Source: the human T2T-CHM13v2.0 reference genome, Homo sapiens | DNA: 64,000 bases | Assembly: GCF_009914755.1 (NCBI RefSeq) | Contig: NC_060930.1 | Reading direction: 5' to 3' (one strand) | Shown here: piece after piece, positions 1-14,593 of the stretch | How the letters are laid out: every line of letters begins with the position of its first letter | Position numbering within the stretch: position 1 is the first letter of the stretch | Notes under the pieces: model-generated | Databases searched by the model: none | The model's input: the letters and a program-made list of their open reading frames with translations, nothing else | What the model was told of the DNA's origin: nothing | Program-made: the position numbers and the translations under genes

Positions 1-1026
1 CATATGATAATGGCAGCTACTTATAGCCATACTTCAACATATCCTCCAAAGACCTTACGGATAAACAAAGCAAGCAAATAAACCCATAAAACAAAACTCA
101 TCAAACTAAAAACTAACAAAGAAAGTGGAAGAATACTACAAACTTCAGTTTATATATAAATAGAGAAATAAACACCAGAAACCAGCAAAGCTAACTCTAG
201 AGCCCTTACTGGAGTGGAAAGATCAGTGGAGACTAAGTGAAAGGAGGAGAAAGTAATGGGGGCCTCATGCTGGAGAACACAGATAAAATGCCAGGAGGAG
301 GAGAGAATCCCATGTAGAGTGGGGAAATATTGAGAACAGGTTTCAGACCTTGTGAATCAAAGTCATTGACTACTGGAGAATAGACAGAGGGGCCTGAAAG
401 TTCCGGGGACCAGAGCTGGCAGTCATGGGAAGGATCCCGGAGTAGATAGAGGAGACCGGCAAGGGGCAAGAGTCGCCTGGAGTCTTGGTGATCAGGTGAA
501 GAAGGAGGCAAGCAGTGGATATTAAACATCCTATAGAAACAAATAAGAACCACAAAACAGACAAATCAACCATCCCCTTATGGAAAACACTATTAAGTAA
601 AATGCACTTAACTGAGATTCCTCTGAACTAAAAATTAATATACCATCCAACCTCACCATCACCTTAATAGAATACCTACTAATAATGATTCAGAAAAACA
701 TAAGACATTTTAAAATGAATGGAAATAACATGCAGCTCCATAAAACTACTACAAGAATAAAAATACTTCCGTTGATAAAACCCTCATCTCCCTACCCTGC
801 CCCAAAAAAACCCCACAAAGCAAAGGAAATCTGTAACACAGTGCCCTGACTTGAATATCCTTAAGCAAACATTTGCAAATAGGAAAAACCATTCCAAATC
901 AGAAATTCAAAAATTCACAATATAAAAGCACCAAAAAGCAGAAGATGTATATCCAGAGATGATAAAACTGAAGAAAGAAATGGATGTAAAGGGAGGAAGA
1001 GGAAATACTCTCAGAAATGAACATCT

Positions 1027-1292
1027 AATTAAGGCAGAAACAGAGAATCGAACACTGCATGTTCTCACTTTTAAGTGGGAGCTAAACAACGGGTAGACAT
1101 GTTCATAAAGATGGAAACAACAAACACTGAGGACTCCAAAACTGGGGAGCAAAGGACATGGACAAGGGTTGAAAAACTACCTCCTGGGGACTGTGTTCAC
1201 TATTTGGGCGATGGGCCCTACCATTATGTAATATACCCATGTAACAAACATGCTCATGTGCCCCATGAATCTTCAAAAAAAAAAAAAAAAAA
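1027..1292 (+). mobile_element. 5'-truncated L1PB-type 3' end with poly(A)
   Basis: gttctcact...gtgggagctaa...aagggttgaaaaactacct...ccatgtaacaaac plus poly(A); TSD AGAAATGAACATCT (1013) / AGAAATTAACATTT (1293). Confidence 0.8.
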
Positions 1293-2237
1293 AGAAATTA
1301 ACATTTGAATCTAAGGTGTCTAAGAAAGGACCGACAGGACTGAAAATATAATAAAGGGTGCTAAGGAGAGGAATAAAAATAGCCAAGAGAATAAAACAAA
1401 ATACAGATGAGCTAAGAAGTTTAAGAAAAAAAAATGGTTGCTGCAGAGCCTAGGAAAAATTCTAACAAATAAATAATTACAGCTTCTGAAAAATAAAAAC
1501 AAAACAAAGAACTGAACTAGAGTGTCAAACAATCATTCAATAAAAATTTCCAGGGATAAAAGAATACATGTCAAAAGCTCACTGATATCTAGAAAAACTG
1601 ACCAGGAATAATCAACTGAGACATAGTCTAGTAAAAATATTATACTTTAAAGATAAAGGAAAAAACCCTCTGGGACTTCAGGCAAAAAAACTAAATCACC
1701 TTTAGAGCAAGTGATATCAGAATGGCATCAGATTTGTCAATAGCAACATAGAAAGCAAGACTTTAGGAAAGAAAGTATAAGCCAAGGTCTTTATATCCAG
1801 CCAAGCTATCTTTCATTTTTCAAGTGTCAATGCTATGAAAAATGATTTGAAACATGGAAAAATTCAAGACAATAATCAGGAGCCCCTCCTAAGGCATCTG
1901 CTAGAGGATGGGCTTCATTCAACCAAGAGATGATGATGATGCCCTGGCCCTCCCAAAAAGACCAATGGTGAAGCACTTCATTTTAGATAGACCAAAGCAA
2001 AAGAAAGCATAAAAGTGGAAGAATAGTAAGTAAATGCTATTTGTTCTGACAAAGTACAAATAATACAACTATTTATTTAAGTGAAGAGAAGAAGGGAGAA
2101 AGGGGAAAGTAAAATAGGCTCACTGATTACTACATGGCTAACAGACTGGAGTCATATGATATTATTTAAAGTTCCCAAGTGAGGAGAAATGAGGCTGTAG
2201 GCATTATAAAAGGTATTATAAAACGTAAGCCCTAGAA

Positions 2238-2478
2238 TAGGGGTTGTCAAACTACAGTCCAAATGCAGCCCACAATCTGTTACAATAAATAAAAATTTAT
2301 TGGAACACAGTCACTCCCATCTGTTTACATATTATGGCTTCTCTTGTTTACATCACAGACATATTGATACAGTTATACCGTCTACATCAGCAGAGATGAG
2401 TAGTTCCAACAGTTTGGCCCACAAAGTCTAAAATACTTGCTATCCTAATCTCCACAGAAAAAGTTTGCCAACCCCTAA
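2238..2478 (+). mobile_element. MER58A-like hAT MITE
   Basis: ttattggaacacag...ggcccacaaagtctaaaata...cagaaaaagtttgccaacccct. Confidence 0.75.
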
Positions 2479-2494
2479 CCTATAATAAAAATGC

Positions 2495-2827
<333 letters not shown>

Positions 2828-3283
2828 TTAAAAAAATAAAACCGTTGACACCAAGCATATTGATTATACCAATAAATGTAAGTGTGCTTACCTAACACAT
2901 TAAAAGATTTTTCGATTGTTCATAAAGCTAAGCCCAATTCTACGCTGCATACAAAAGAACAGATTGAAATCAAAAGGCTAAACATAAAGAAATGAGCAAA
3001 GATATATTAGACAAATATAAATATTATGAAATCCAGAGTTGTGATCCTGATATAGGCAAGGTAAAATTCAGGCCACAAAGCATTTAAGACAAGGAAGTAC
3101 AAATGTTAAAGGCCACAACAACTACCTTCATAAAGCAGAAATTACAAGAGATGCAAAGAGAAACAAACAAAAACCCAGTAATAAGAGACTTTAACACACC
3201 ACTCTTGGTCTAAAATGCATCAAACAAACAAAAGGTAAGTAAGGATATAGAAGACCTAAATAACATCATTTATAAGGTACAGT

Positions 3284-3308
3284 TTGTGTGTGTGTGTGTG
3301 TGTGTGTA
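3284..3308. repeat. (GT)n microsatellite
   Basis: About 11 GT units. Confidence 0.9.
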
Positions 3309-4684
3309 TAATATATATACATTATATTCTCATTATACAGAATATAATTCCTGAAGCATAAAAGGGCCAGTATTAAATTGACCTTATATTAGGCTGCAAA
3401 GATAAAAACCTCATGAAGTTCCTTAAAGAAACAACACAAACAACATTCTCTGACCACAATGGGATAAAACTAGAAATTATTCACATCAAAAAGTGGTCCT
3501 TCTACTTAGAGACTAAAAACTCTCTAAGCAACTCTTGGGAGAAAGGGGATACAAAACAAAACTGCAGAATTTCTAAAACACGATGATAATAAGAATACTA
3601 CATATAATCGTCTATGGGATACCACTGAAGCAGTGCCAAGGAGTATATGCAGTTTGCTATCTTTTGGATAAGAAAGAGGGGAGATGCATAAACAGGCACA
3701 CATACCTATCCCCATGGGTTTTGCTTATTTTTCCAAAAAAAAGAAACATAGGAAGGACAAATCAGAAACTAATGAATATCTATCAGGGATGGAAGAAAAC
3801 AGAATGGAAAGGGTAGGGATACGAATGTGATTTCTTTTGCATGTCTTTTTATATAGGTTTGACTTTGTTAAAACAAGCTATATTTTACAAATTTGGAAAA
3901 TACAATTAAATAAAAAAGGTAAAAACAGCAAATGTTATAAGTGAATGAAAACAGAAGTTTCAAAGACAACTTCTTAACTGTATATCGAATAAATAATATA
4001 ACTACACAAAGAAAAGCATTCAAACTACTTTTGAACATGCACTTTAACAACATATAACCTCAGTGGTATATCTAAGCACAATAAAGGACTGCAAAGAGAG
4101 CCTGAATATTAGTTTTTTTGTGATTATTGGTAATGGTGTTGATATAATATTTCTGAAACTATTTTGGAGATGTAAATGCATTCAGAAATACAGAGAATCC
4201 TATAAACACCTTTATATACATATGAAATAAAATAATTTTGAAGAGTCATAAGTATCTTCTGACCCAGGCCTAAGTTGACATACATGAACTCTATTTGAGA
4301 ATATCCCTGTAAGAAGGGTGTTATTTTTGTATCAGAGACGACAGTTATCACCCACAATATTAAAAAAGTAGTAACAGTGGCTGGAATTTATTCTAGGTCT
4401 CTCCGACCCCAAAGCTCTTTAACTGAATTATTTTTAACAAAATTATCAACAATTTAATTTTGCTTTGCTTTAAATGAAGGGATATTCACTGTTGTTATTG
4501 TTGGTATTTGTTGTCCTGAGTGGCAACGGTGGCAGTTTAAAGTAGTGTTTGATCTACTGGAAGCATCTGCTCCTCCTGGGGGTTCTTGTTTCAGGCCACA
4601 TTCTCTGTATGGAAAACACAGAACCTAATAATCCAAGACAGAAGAGACTCAAATCCAGGTTGTATGCTCTGTTTTTAAATAAAA

Positions 4685-5011
<327 letters not shown>

Positions 5012-5791
5012 TGAAATTTTCAGGCCAGCATGTATTAGAAACATTTCATTTCAAATCAAAAGCAGCTACTAGTAGATGCCAGTGAGCACATGGTGGTCCT
5101 GTCATCCCTGGGAATAGGCTACAAATGAACTGTTCAGTAAGATCAGAGGAGACCATAAGAACCCAAGCTCTGTTACTATAAGGTAATTAGAAAATGTCTT
5201 CACTAAATTGATCAAGAAAAAAGAAACCTTTTCAAGATGGAGAAATAAAAGGTACAAACCACTGAATAGAGTTATCATAATTACATGGTTATGTAATATT
5301 TAGGAACTAAATATCTTTTAAAATGCATGATAATAAAATTGTACAAATGTCTTTATGAACCCAGAAATTAGTTATGTGGGGTGAGGAACAAAATAGAATG
5401 CTAGTTTTACAATAATAACTAGAGGAGAACAAAGATCCTGTAATTCCTTTAATGCATTAAATAATTATAGTAATCTTTAAATGAAATCTATGTGTTAAAA
5501 TGCTCAGAAAAGTAAAAATTCTTACGTAAATGTAAAGAAATTGCAAGGCTAAAATACTGGTTGTGATCCATGTCATAGTTCAAGGAGGTATTAAATTCTA
5601 GATAGTGGCTAAGACAAAACAGAAACAAGGAAAGAACCTTATCTTGAAACTATAATAATACACATTTTTGCACAGTAATACCACAATAACAATGCCTACC
5701 ACAGTGCGGTGGTCTAAAAAAGCAGCTCTTGAGAAATCTACATTAAGTCAAAATACTCAAAGTACTTCTCAGGCAAAACTCCTTTCAATAT

Positions 5792-6124
5792 ACAGTTATA
5801 GGTTGCTTAACAAGAGGCTATGTTCTGAGCAATGCATCATAAGGCGATCTGTTCTGTTGCAAGCATCATAGAGTGTACTTAGACAAACCTGGAGAGTACA
5901 GCCTACTATACACCTAGGCTATATGGTATAGCCTATTGCTCCGAGGCTACAAGCCTACACAGCACGTTACTGTACTGAATACCATAGGCAACTGTAACAC
6001 AAAGGCATGTATTTGTGCATCTAAACATATCTAAACACAGCAAAAATAAGGTATTCTAATCTTATGAGACCACCATCATATATGTGGTCCATCACTGGCA
6101 AAAATGTTATGTGGCGTATAACTA
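5792..6124 (+). mobile_element. Tigger3/MER7-type MITE
   Basis: catcatagagtgtactta...acacctaggctatatggtatagcctattgctcc; TA flanks. Confidence 0.8.
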
Positions 6125-6569
6125 TATATTACATGTTTGACAGATGGTTTAAAGGAGAAATAATGAAAACTTGACTATAAATATGAGTAGCAAAATAATT
6201 AAAGTTCAAATCTCTCACCTTCTAGCTTTACAGCTTTATGTCTTCTCCTTTCCAACAGACAAAAAAAAAAAATCCAATCTAAAGATTTATCCTTCAAATT
6301 ATTTCCTTTGGAAGATGTCACTCCAATTAAAAAAGGATTTTACTGATCATAAATGGTATCGCCTCCCCAGGCACTATTATTACTTTACATAACCTTCCAA
6401 ATGTAGGTATACTGTCCTGACCCCAAGCTTCAGCTGTGAACTTGCCACTCATACACTGTTACCAAGCAGGGAAGAGATGAGTATGGGAAGAGTAAGTGTT
6501 TGGAAACTTCAATAGCAACTGGGCAGAGTGAATTCATGTCTGTTGAATCTACAAATAAAATATATGCAT

Positions 6570-8760
6570 TTTTATATTTTTAAAATTAACGGTTATGTGG
6601 CATAATTTACATATAGTAAAAGTCATCTTTTAAAAAAATGCCCTTCTATAGTCATTCTCTTCCTCTAACCCCCTAGCAGAAATTTCTGATTTTTCTCCTT
6701 ACAGTTTAGCCTTTTGTAGCATTTCATATAAATGGAATAACAAACTATATAGCCTTTTGTACCTGTCATCTTTCACTTCACATAAGGGTTTTAAGATTCA
6801 TCCACGTTGTTGATTCATGTGTGTATCAGCAGTTTGTTCCTTTATATTGCTAGTAGTATTCCATGGTATGGGTCCATCAAGATTTACCTATCCATTTATC
6901 AGTCGATAAACTTCTGGGTTGTTTATATAATTTTGGGTGAATATGAACAAAGCTGCTATAAACCATTTGGGTATAGGTCTTTGTAGGTGGGAAAACATAT
7001 GGATAGTCAAGTGTTCTAGCACAATTAAAAAAAAACTATCCTTTCTCTGTTGAATTATTTGACATCGTTCTTGAATATCAATTGACATTATCTGTGGGTC
7101 TATTTCTGGACCTTTATTCTCTTCCATTGAAGAGTCTATCCAATGTCACAATGTTTTGATAATTACAGCTTTATAGCAAATCTTAAAACAACGTAAGTCC
7201 TCCAAATTTGTTCTGTTTCAAAGTCACTTTGGCTATTCTGTGCTTTTCTATATAAACTTTAAAACCAGCCTGCCGATTTCTACAAAAAAGCTTGTTGGGA
7301 TTTTTTTTTTTGTTAATTTCAATAGGTTTTTGGGGAACAGGTGGTGTTTGGGATTTTGATTAGAATTGCACTGGGCTGGGCATGGTGGCTCATGCCTGTA
7401 ATCAGTGCTCTGAAAGGCCGAGGCAAGTGGAACATTTGAGCCCAAGAATTTGAGACCAGCCTGGGCAACATAGCAAGACCCCACCTCTACAGAAAATAAA
7501 ATTTAAAAAATAGCCAGGCATAGTGGTGCGTCCCCGTAAGTCCCAGCTACTCAGGGGTGGGTGAATGGCTTGAGCCCAGGAGTTCAAGGCTGCAGTGAGC
7601 TATGATCGGGCCTCTGTACTCTAACTTGGGCAACAAAGTGAGACTCTGTCTCAAAAACAAATTTTTTTTTAAATGCAGTGATTCTACAGATCGCTTTGGG
7701 GAGAACTTGCATCTTAACAATATTAAGTCTGATAGATGAAACTAGGTATCTATCTCTCCATTTAAGTCCTTTTTAATTTTCTTAATGTTTTGCAGTTTTT
7801 AATGTATAAATGTAGAATAGATTTTGCTAAATTTATCCTGAAATACTTCCTATTTGGAGATGCTATTATAAATGTATATTTTATTTCAATTTCCAGTTGT
7901 TCACTGCTAGCAAACAGAAATTAATATTTATACATTGACCTTTTAAGATTCACTTATAAGTTCTAGTAGCTTTTCTTAAATTCTTTTTGTTTTTCTATGT
8001 AGACAATCATGCCACATAGAATACAAGCAGTTTTGACTTCTTCCTTTCTATTCTGAATGTCTTTTATTTCTTTTTCTTACTAAACTGACCATACTTCTAG
8101 TACAATATTGACCAGAAATGAGAAGAGCTGACATCCTTAATTTGCTCCTAATCTTAAGTGGAAAACACTGTCTTTCACCATGAAGTATGAGACGCAGGTG
8201 TTTTTTGTTGTTGTTGTTGTTTTTAGACAGAGGTCACTCTGTCGCCCAGGCTGGAGCACAGTGGAGTACGATCTTGGCTTACTGCAACCTCCTCCTCCCA
8301 GGTTCAAGCGATTCTCCTGCCTCAGCCTCCCGAGTTGCTGGGATTACAGGCATGTGCCACTATGCCCAACTAATTTTTGTATTTTTAGTAGAGAGGGGGT
8401 TTCACCATGTTGGCCAGGCTGGTCTCCAATCCCCGACCTCAGGTGATCCACCTGCCTTGGCCTCCCAGAGTGCTGGGATTACAGGCGTGAGCCATTGTGC
8501 CCAGCCTCATGTAGGTTTTCATAGATAGCATTTAAACAGGGAAAGAAACTTCTAGTTTGCTGAGAACTTTTATTATGAATGAGTATTTAATTTCATCAAA
8601 TACATTTTCTGCATCTATTGGGATATGCTTTTTGTTTTTTAGTCTAATACATTGATTGATTTTCAAATGTTACACCAACCTTTCATTTCTGGGATAAGAC
8701 CCACTTGGTTATAATGTATAACCCTTTTTATATAGTATTGGATTTAATTTACTGAAATAT
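6570..8760 (-). mobile_element. Old L1M 3' portion, with Alus at 7374-7660 (+) and 8200-8506 (-)
   Basis: Reverse L1 ORF2/3'UTR motifs (gtgggtctatttctgga, tttggctattct, ggataagacccacttggt). Confidence 0.8.
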
Positions 8761-9184
8761 TTGTATGTCATTGCTTTTTCATTTCACATTTTTAATAATT
8801 ATTTTTTCTTGTATTTTATAACAATATTTCTCAGTGATGGAGTAAAAAATAAGTCAAAACCAGTCCTTTACCACATAGAGTGGAAAAAGCATTTTTCCAG
8901 CGCACAAAGTAGCTGTGGTTATGACAAACTGCCTGGCCTTTTGGTGCAATAACTGAACAGAATCAGCTACAGAATGCTGATTTTGGAACTTACAACATAC
9001 TTACAGATAGCACAAAAAGCTCATTAAATGGAGATATAATGAGAAAAGAAACCAGCCTCTGAAGACACTTAATAAACTATACTTCTGATTTCCTCAATCA
9101 AAGAGTTTAGAAGCAATAATTAAAGTATATTTTCTTATAACACTTCTATTGTGGACTTATCGCTTTGCTGTCATTTTTATCTAT

Positions 9185-9320
9185 CTTTTCTAATAAAACC
9201 GTGAATACCTGAAGGACAATGTTCTATTCATCTTTGTACTTCTTAGCATCTAGCACAATGCCTGAAACATAGCAGGTCTTTAATGAGTATATATATTTAG
9301 TGAACGAACAAATGAATAGG
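9185..9320 (+). mobile_element. L2 3' end
   Basis: catctagcacaatgcctgaaacatagcaggtctttaat...tgaacgaacaaatgaa. Confidence 0.6.
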
Positions 9321-10223
9321 TCTAATAGTTCTTTCTTGTATCTTTTCTGGTGGGCTATATCCTACTCTCCCCCCCTCCCTCTACCTCACTCCTCCATTAA
9401 TTTTTTGCTGGAGTATACAAATAGATCTCATAGAATCTCTATATACCAGTGTCTGCCTGGCTCCCAAGTACTCATAACTATTAGAAGACACTGCTGGCAG
9501 CCCTACCTGTCTGATCAGTTGGCTTCACATCCATAATAGCAGCATTAAGACGGAAACAGTTCTAGCCCTGTTACTGCTTGAATGACCTGGCAGCCTGTTT
9601 GGTGGCCAGCCTTTGTAGCCAGGTAAGTTTCCTATAACCATTTCAGTGCCTGTGTGAGATTTCTGTCTGAACCTGGCTTATTTTTTTCCTCCACTTTATG
9701 TGTAGCCAGGGACTCACACAGCTCAATCCTGAGCCTCTTTGAATCACAAAAGGCATTTCATCTTATGCTTACATTATTTACTATTTAGTATTCCATATGC
9801 TGTAATCAACCTTCCATTAGGATTTATAAGGAGAATGCTGGAAACTATGATTTCTTTTTTCTTTTTGAACTTTTCAAAATTCCTAACACAGAAATATGCC
9901 CAGAGTACACATACAATGTTTACTGAATGAAAAAGAGAATGAGTTGAATCCTGCATTGAAAGCTCTTCAAAAATCCCTTCCACTAGTTTAGTCAACCACA
10001 TTTATACTTTACTTTTCCTTTTCTCTTTCCCAATAGCTCATTTTTATTTCCTCACACACTTCTGTGGTCTAATAAGGAAAAACTCTAATGTGTGTCTTGA
10101 AGGGTGGTAACTGATCATCCCAAAGAGGACCAAACATACCTTATAGCTCAACAAGGTTCACATTTTCCCCGAAGCATATATTAAATAATCTCATTATTCC
10201 CATAGATTTTAAAGAAACTCTTA

Positions 10224-10421
<198 letters not shown>

Positions 10422-10450
10422 TCAACTTTTATTTTCAAAAGCATTATCTT

Positions 10451-10748
10451 GACTGGGCGCAGTGGCTCACACCTGTAATTCCAGCAGTTTAGGAGGCTGA
10501 GGTGAGAAGATTTCTTGAACACAGGAGTTCGAGGCCTGCCTGGACAACATGGCAAAACCTTGTCTCTACAAATAATTTAAAAATTTGCTGGGCACAGTGG
10601 TGTGTGCACCTGTAATTTCAGCTACTCAGAAGGCTGAGGCGGGAGGATCGCTTGAGCCCAGGAGGTCAAGGCTGTAGTGAGCCATATTAGAGCCACTACA
10701 CTCCAGCCTGGGTGACAGAGCAAGATCTTGTCTTAAAAAAACAAAAAA
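10451..10748 (+). mobile_element. Alu (AluJ-like), ~50 bp from the MCM9 exon acceptor
   Basis: Full dimer. Confidence 0.95.
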
Positions 10749-11429
10749 GGCATATCTTAACCTATGAAAGGAAAGAAATGCCTACATTTTAAAGAGAAGG
10801 GCATAAAGACTTTTATTTGCAGTTAACCAAGAATGGATGGCATCAGGACAATTGCTTCACATATCTAGTCACTGGAAGGCCTCATAAGCTCCTATGTTCT
10901 AAAAATGTAAGGTGTGTTCTCCAGTATTTTGTAGCAACCAGAAGTTCTCAAATTTTCTGTCTCTCCTTGTAGGTCCTCTGGTCGAGTGGTCTAAACTTTT
11001 GGAAGGGGCAAACAGATCTCCAGAGACCTTATGACAGAGGGTGTGTACTATACGCTGTTTACAGAAAAGGGTCCAGTGATAGAGAATAGTAATTATTACA
11101 TTCCAATGATGAAAATGAAAAGTTTGCTTCCAGTTACAATATGAGGGAAGGGATTCTCTTCATATGTCTTGTTGATTTTTATTTGTCCTGTATACCAGTC
11201 AATAAAGCAGAATGGTCAGAAGAAAAGGCTTTGGAGTCAACAAGACTTGATTTGAATCCTAGAGCTGTCATTCTAGCTGTTGAATTATAGGCAAGTTTCC
11301 TAATATATACAAGCCTGACTTTATTAATCTGCAAAAGAGGATAACAATAGAAAGTATCTTAGAGATTCTTGGATATTTAAATAAAATATAACTAAAGCTC
11401 ATTAAAAGGTATATGAAACATGAGTACGT

Positions 11430-13197
11430 TAAGAATAACTATTGTTGATAAAAATGGATAAACTTCTGTCCAGACTGACCAAAAAAAAAAAAAAAAAAAA
11501 AAAGAGGAGACACAAGTTACAAATATCAGGAATGAAAGAGGGGGCATAACTATAGATCCTATAATGAACTAATAATAAGGAAATACTATGAATAACTCTA
11601 TGCCATACATTTGATAACTTAACAAAATAGTCAAATTTTTTTGAAATATGCAAAGTTTATCTAAAAAGGAACAGATAACTTCCATAATCCTTTATTTGTT
11701 TTGAAAATTAAATATTTAAAAACCTTCCAACACAGAAATCTGCAGGGTGAGATGGCTTCACAGTGAATTCTACCAAATATTTGAGAAATAATGTCAATGC
11801 AACACAAATTTTTCAATAATAGAGAAGAGTAAACACTTCCCAACTCATTTAATGAACTCAGAATTATCATACTAATTGTCATAACTGAATTGTCATACTA
11901 AACTAGGCAAAGACATATTATAAGAAACCTATAGACTAGTACCTCTAATATGGATGCGAAAATCCTCATAAATGCAAGTGAATCAAATCCAACAATACAT
12001 AAAAGGATAACAGATTATAGCCAAGTGAGGATTATCCCAGGAATGCAAGGTGAAGTTAACATTCGAAAATTAATCAGTGTAATTCGCCATATCAATAAGC
12101 TAAGGAAGAAAGAGCATACAATTGCTTCAATAGATACAGAAAATACATTTCACAAAACTCAACAATCATTTGTGATAAAACTCTCAAAAAATTAGGAACG
12201 GAAGAGAACTTCTTCAACTTGATAAAGGGTATTTACAATAATCCTATATTTAACATACTTAGTGATAAAAGACTGAATGTTTCCTCATCTCCTACAAAGA
12301 TCAGAAAAAAGCAAGATTTTTTTCTTATCACTGTTAATCAAAATCATGCTAGAGGTTCTAGCCACTGAAATAAGGCAAGGAAAAGAAATAATTAACATAC
12401 AGACTGAAAAATAAATAAATAAAACTGTTTAAATTTGCAGACAATATGATTAGATAGAAAATCCCAAATAATCTACTAAAAACCAACTAGAACTAGTAAA
12501 CGAGTGTGGCAAGGCTGGAGGACACAAGTCAACATATGGAATATCTGGGTATAAGTCTTATAAAATACATGCAAGAATCTCTATGCAAAACTACAAAACA
12601 CTGACAGAGGAAATCATGACAACCAAATTGAGAGACGAAATAAACTCTATATTCAAGATGTCAATTCTTAAAAATTGGAAAACTCTATTTTCAAGATGTC
12701 AATTCTCCCCAAACTGTTCTGTAGTTAAATGCAATTACAAGCAAAATCCTAGCATGATTTTTTAAAAAATAAATAAAGTGACAAGGTGATTCTATGATTT
12801 ATATAGAGAAGCAAAGGAGATAGAAGAGCCAAACCAAAAAACAAGCTTGGAGGTCTCACATGACATACTACAAAGCTACAGTAATCAAATCAGTGTGGTA
12901 CTGGAAAAAGGTTAGGCAGATAGAACACTGGAACAGAACAGAATCCAAAAGTTGTCCCACACATAGAAGGTCAAGTGATTTTTTATAGAAAATAAAAAGG
13001 CAATTCAATGGAGAAAAGATAATCTGTTCAACAAATGGTGCTGGAGTAACTGAATATCTTCATGCAAGAAGAAAAAATGAATCTTGATCATACCTCACAT
13101 GTAATATAAAAATTAATCCAAAATTAATTCAATACCTAAATGTAAAGTGTAAAACTATAAAGAAAGAAAGGAAACACAGGAGAAAATAGCTGTGAAT
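11430..13197 (+). mobile_element. Old L1M ORF2 fragment (outer host element; resumes at ~30411-32140)
   Basis: ORF 11950-12195 MDAKILIN...IIPGMQG resembles L1 RT; breaks at aggagaaaatagctgtga and resumes as ttgtgaccctgagttgggcaaagatttct. Confidence 0.8.
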
Positions 13198-14593
13198 TCT
13201 TTTGGTTTCCAGTCTAGCACACAAGGAGCTTACAAGTCACTACTTCAACCTAACAAGTAAAAAGCTAAACAAAAAAATCAGTAACTTCTTAGACCCATCA
13301 GAGAAATGAGATCAGAGGACAAATTACTGCCCCAAAACTGAAGATGGTCAGGCAGATACAGAGAACCACAACTTAGCTGAGCAGAAATTCATGAGCATAA
13401 ACTTTTATGTAAGAAAAACAGGCAAGAAAATTTGAACTATTATTAGCAAATTGCTAATGGCTCACAGTGGAAAAATCAAGAAGGACCCCATCATAGGGAA
13501 ACCCCTAGATTTTCTGCGAGTTTTACCACTGAGAGCTCTACCAGCAACTCACAGTGAAGATGAGAGTAAAATCTACTCTTGCTTCTGGCAGAGAGAGGGA
13601 AAAGGAACCATTTAGAAATACGCCAGAACTTCCTGTTCTTAACAATGCCTGTCCTCAAAAGGAACTATTTTACCAGAGCCTTATCTACCTGGAAGAAGGG
13701 CAATATCCACCTCCAACCCCTTCCAGTCATCTGGTACCACCCAAGGGGGTGAATATGCAAAAAACTGAGAAGCACGTGTGAAGTTCACAGCCCAGGGACA
13801 CAAGCTCACTAAAAGGCTGAGACCTAATCACAGGACTATAGAATCCTTTCCCTTCCCCAACACCTTATCACTGCAATACTAAAGGCATATTAACCACAAT
13901 TTTCCTTGTTCCTAGTACATCATGTCTACCTTTCAACAAAAAAATTGCAAGGCATACTAAAAGGCAGAAAATACAGTTTGAAGAGATAGAACAAGCATCA
14001 AAATCGGATCTAGATATGGCGGGGACATTGAAATAATCAAACTGAATTTAAAACAACTATGATTAATATGCTAAGAGATCTAATGGAAAGAGTAGACAAT
14101 ATGAAAGAACAGATGGATAAAGTTAACAAATAGAAATTCTGAGATACAATAAAAAAGAAATACTAGAGATCAAAAACACTCTAACAAAGATAAAGAATGC
14201 CTTTAATGGGTTTATTAGCAGGCTGGACACATCTGAAGAAAGAATCTCTGAACTTGAAAATACGTCAATTAAAACTTCCAAAACAAAAAAGAAGAGAATA
14301 TCCAAGAACTGTGGGACAACTACAAAAGGTGTAACATACATGTGATGGGAATAAAAGAATAACAATAAAGAGAGAAAGGGACAGAGGCAATAGGTGAAGC
14401 AATATTGTGTAACATTTCATTGAAATACTGTCAGACAATAAATTAGAAATCCAGGGTGCTCAGAGAACACCAGCAAAATGAATGCCCAAGAAAACCCTAC
14501 ACTCAAGCACATTCCATTCAAACTTCAGAAAATCAAAGATTAAAAAAAAATCATAAAAGAAGCCAGAGGAAGAAAAACAGCTTACCTATAGAG

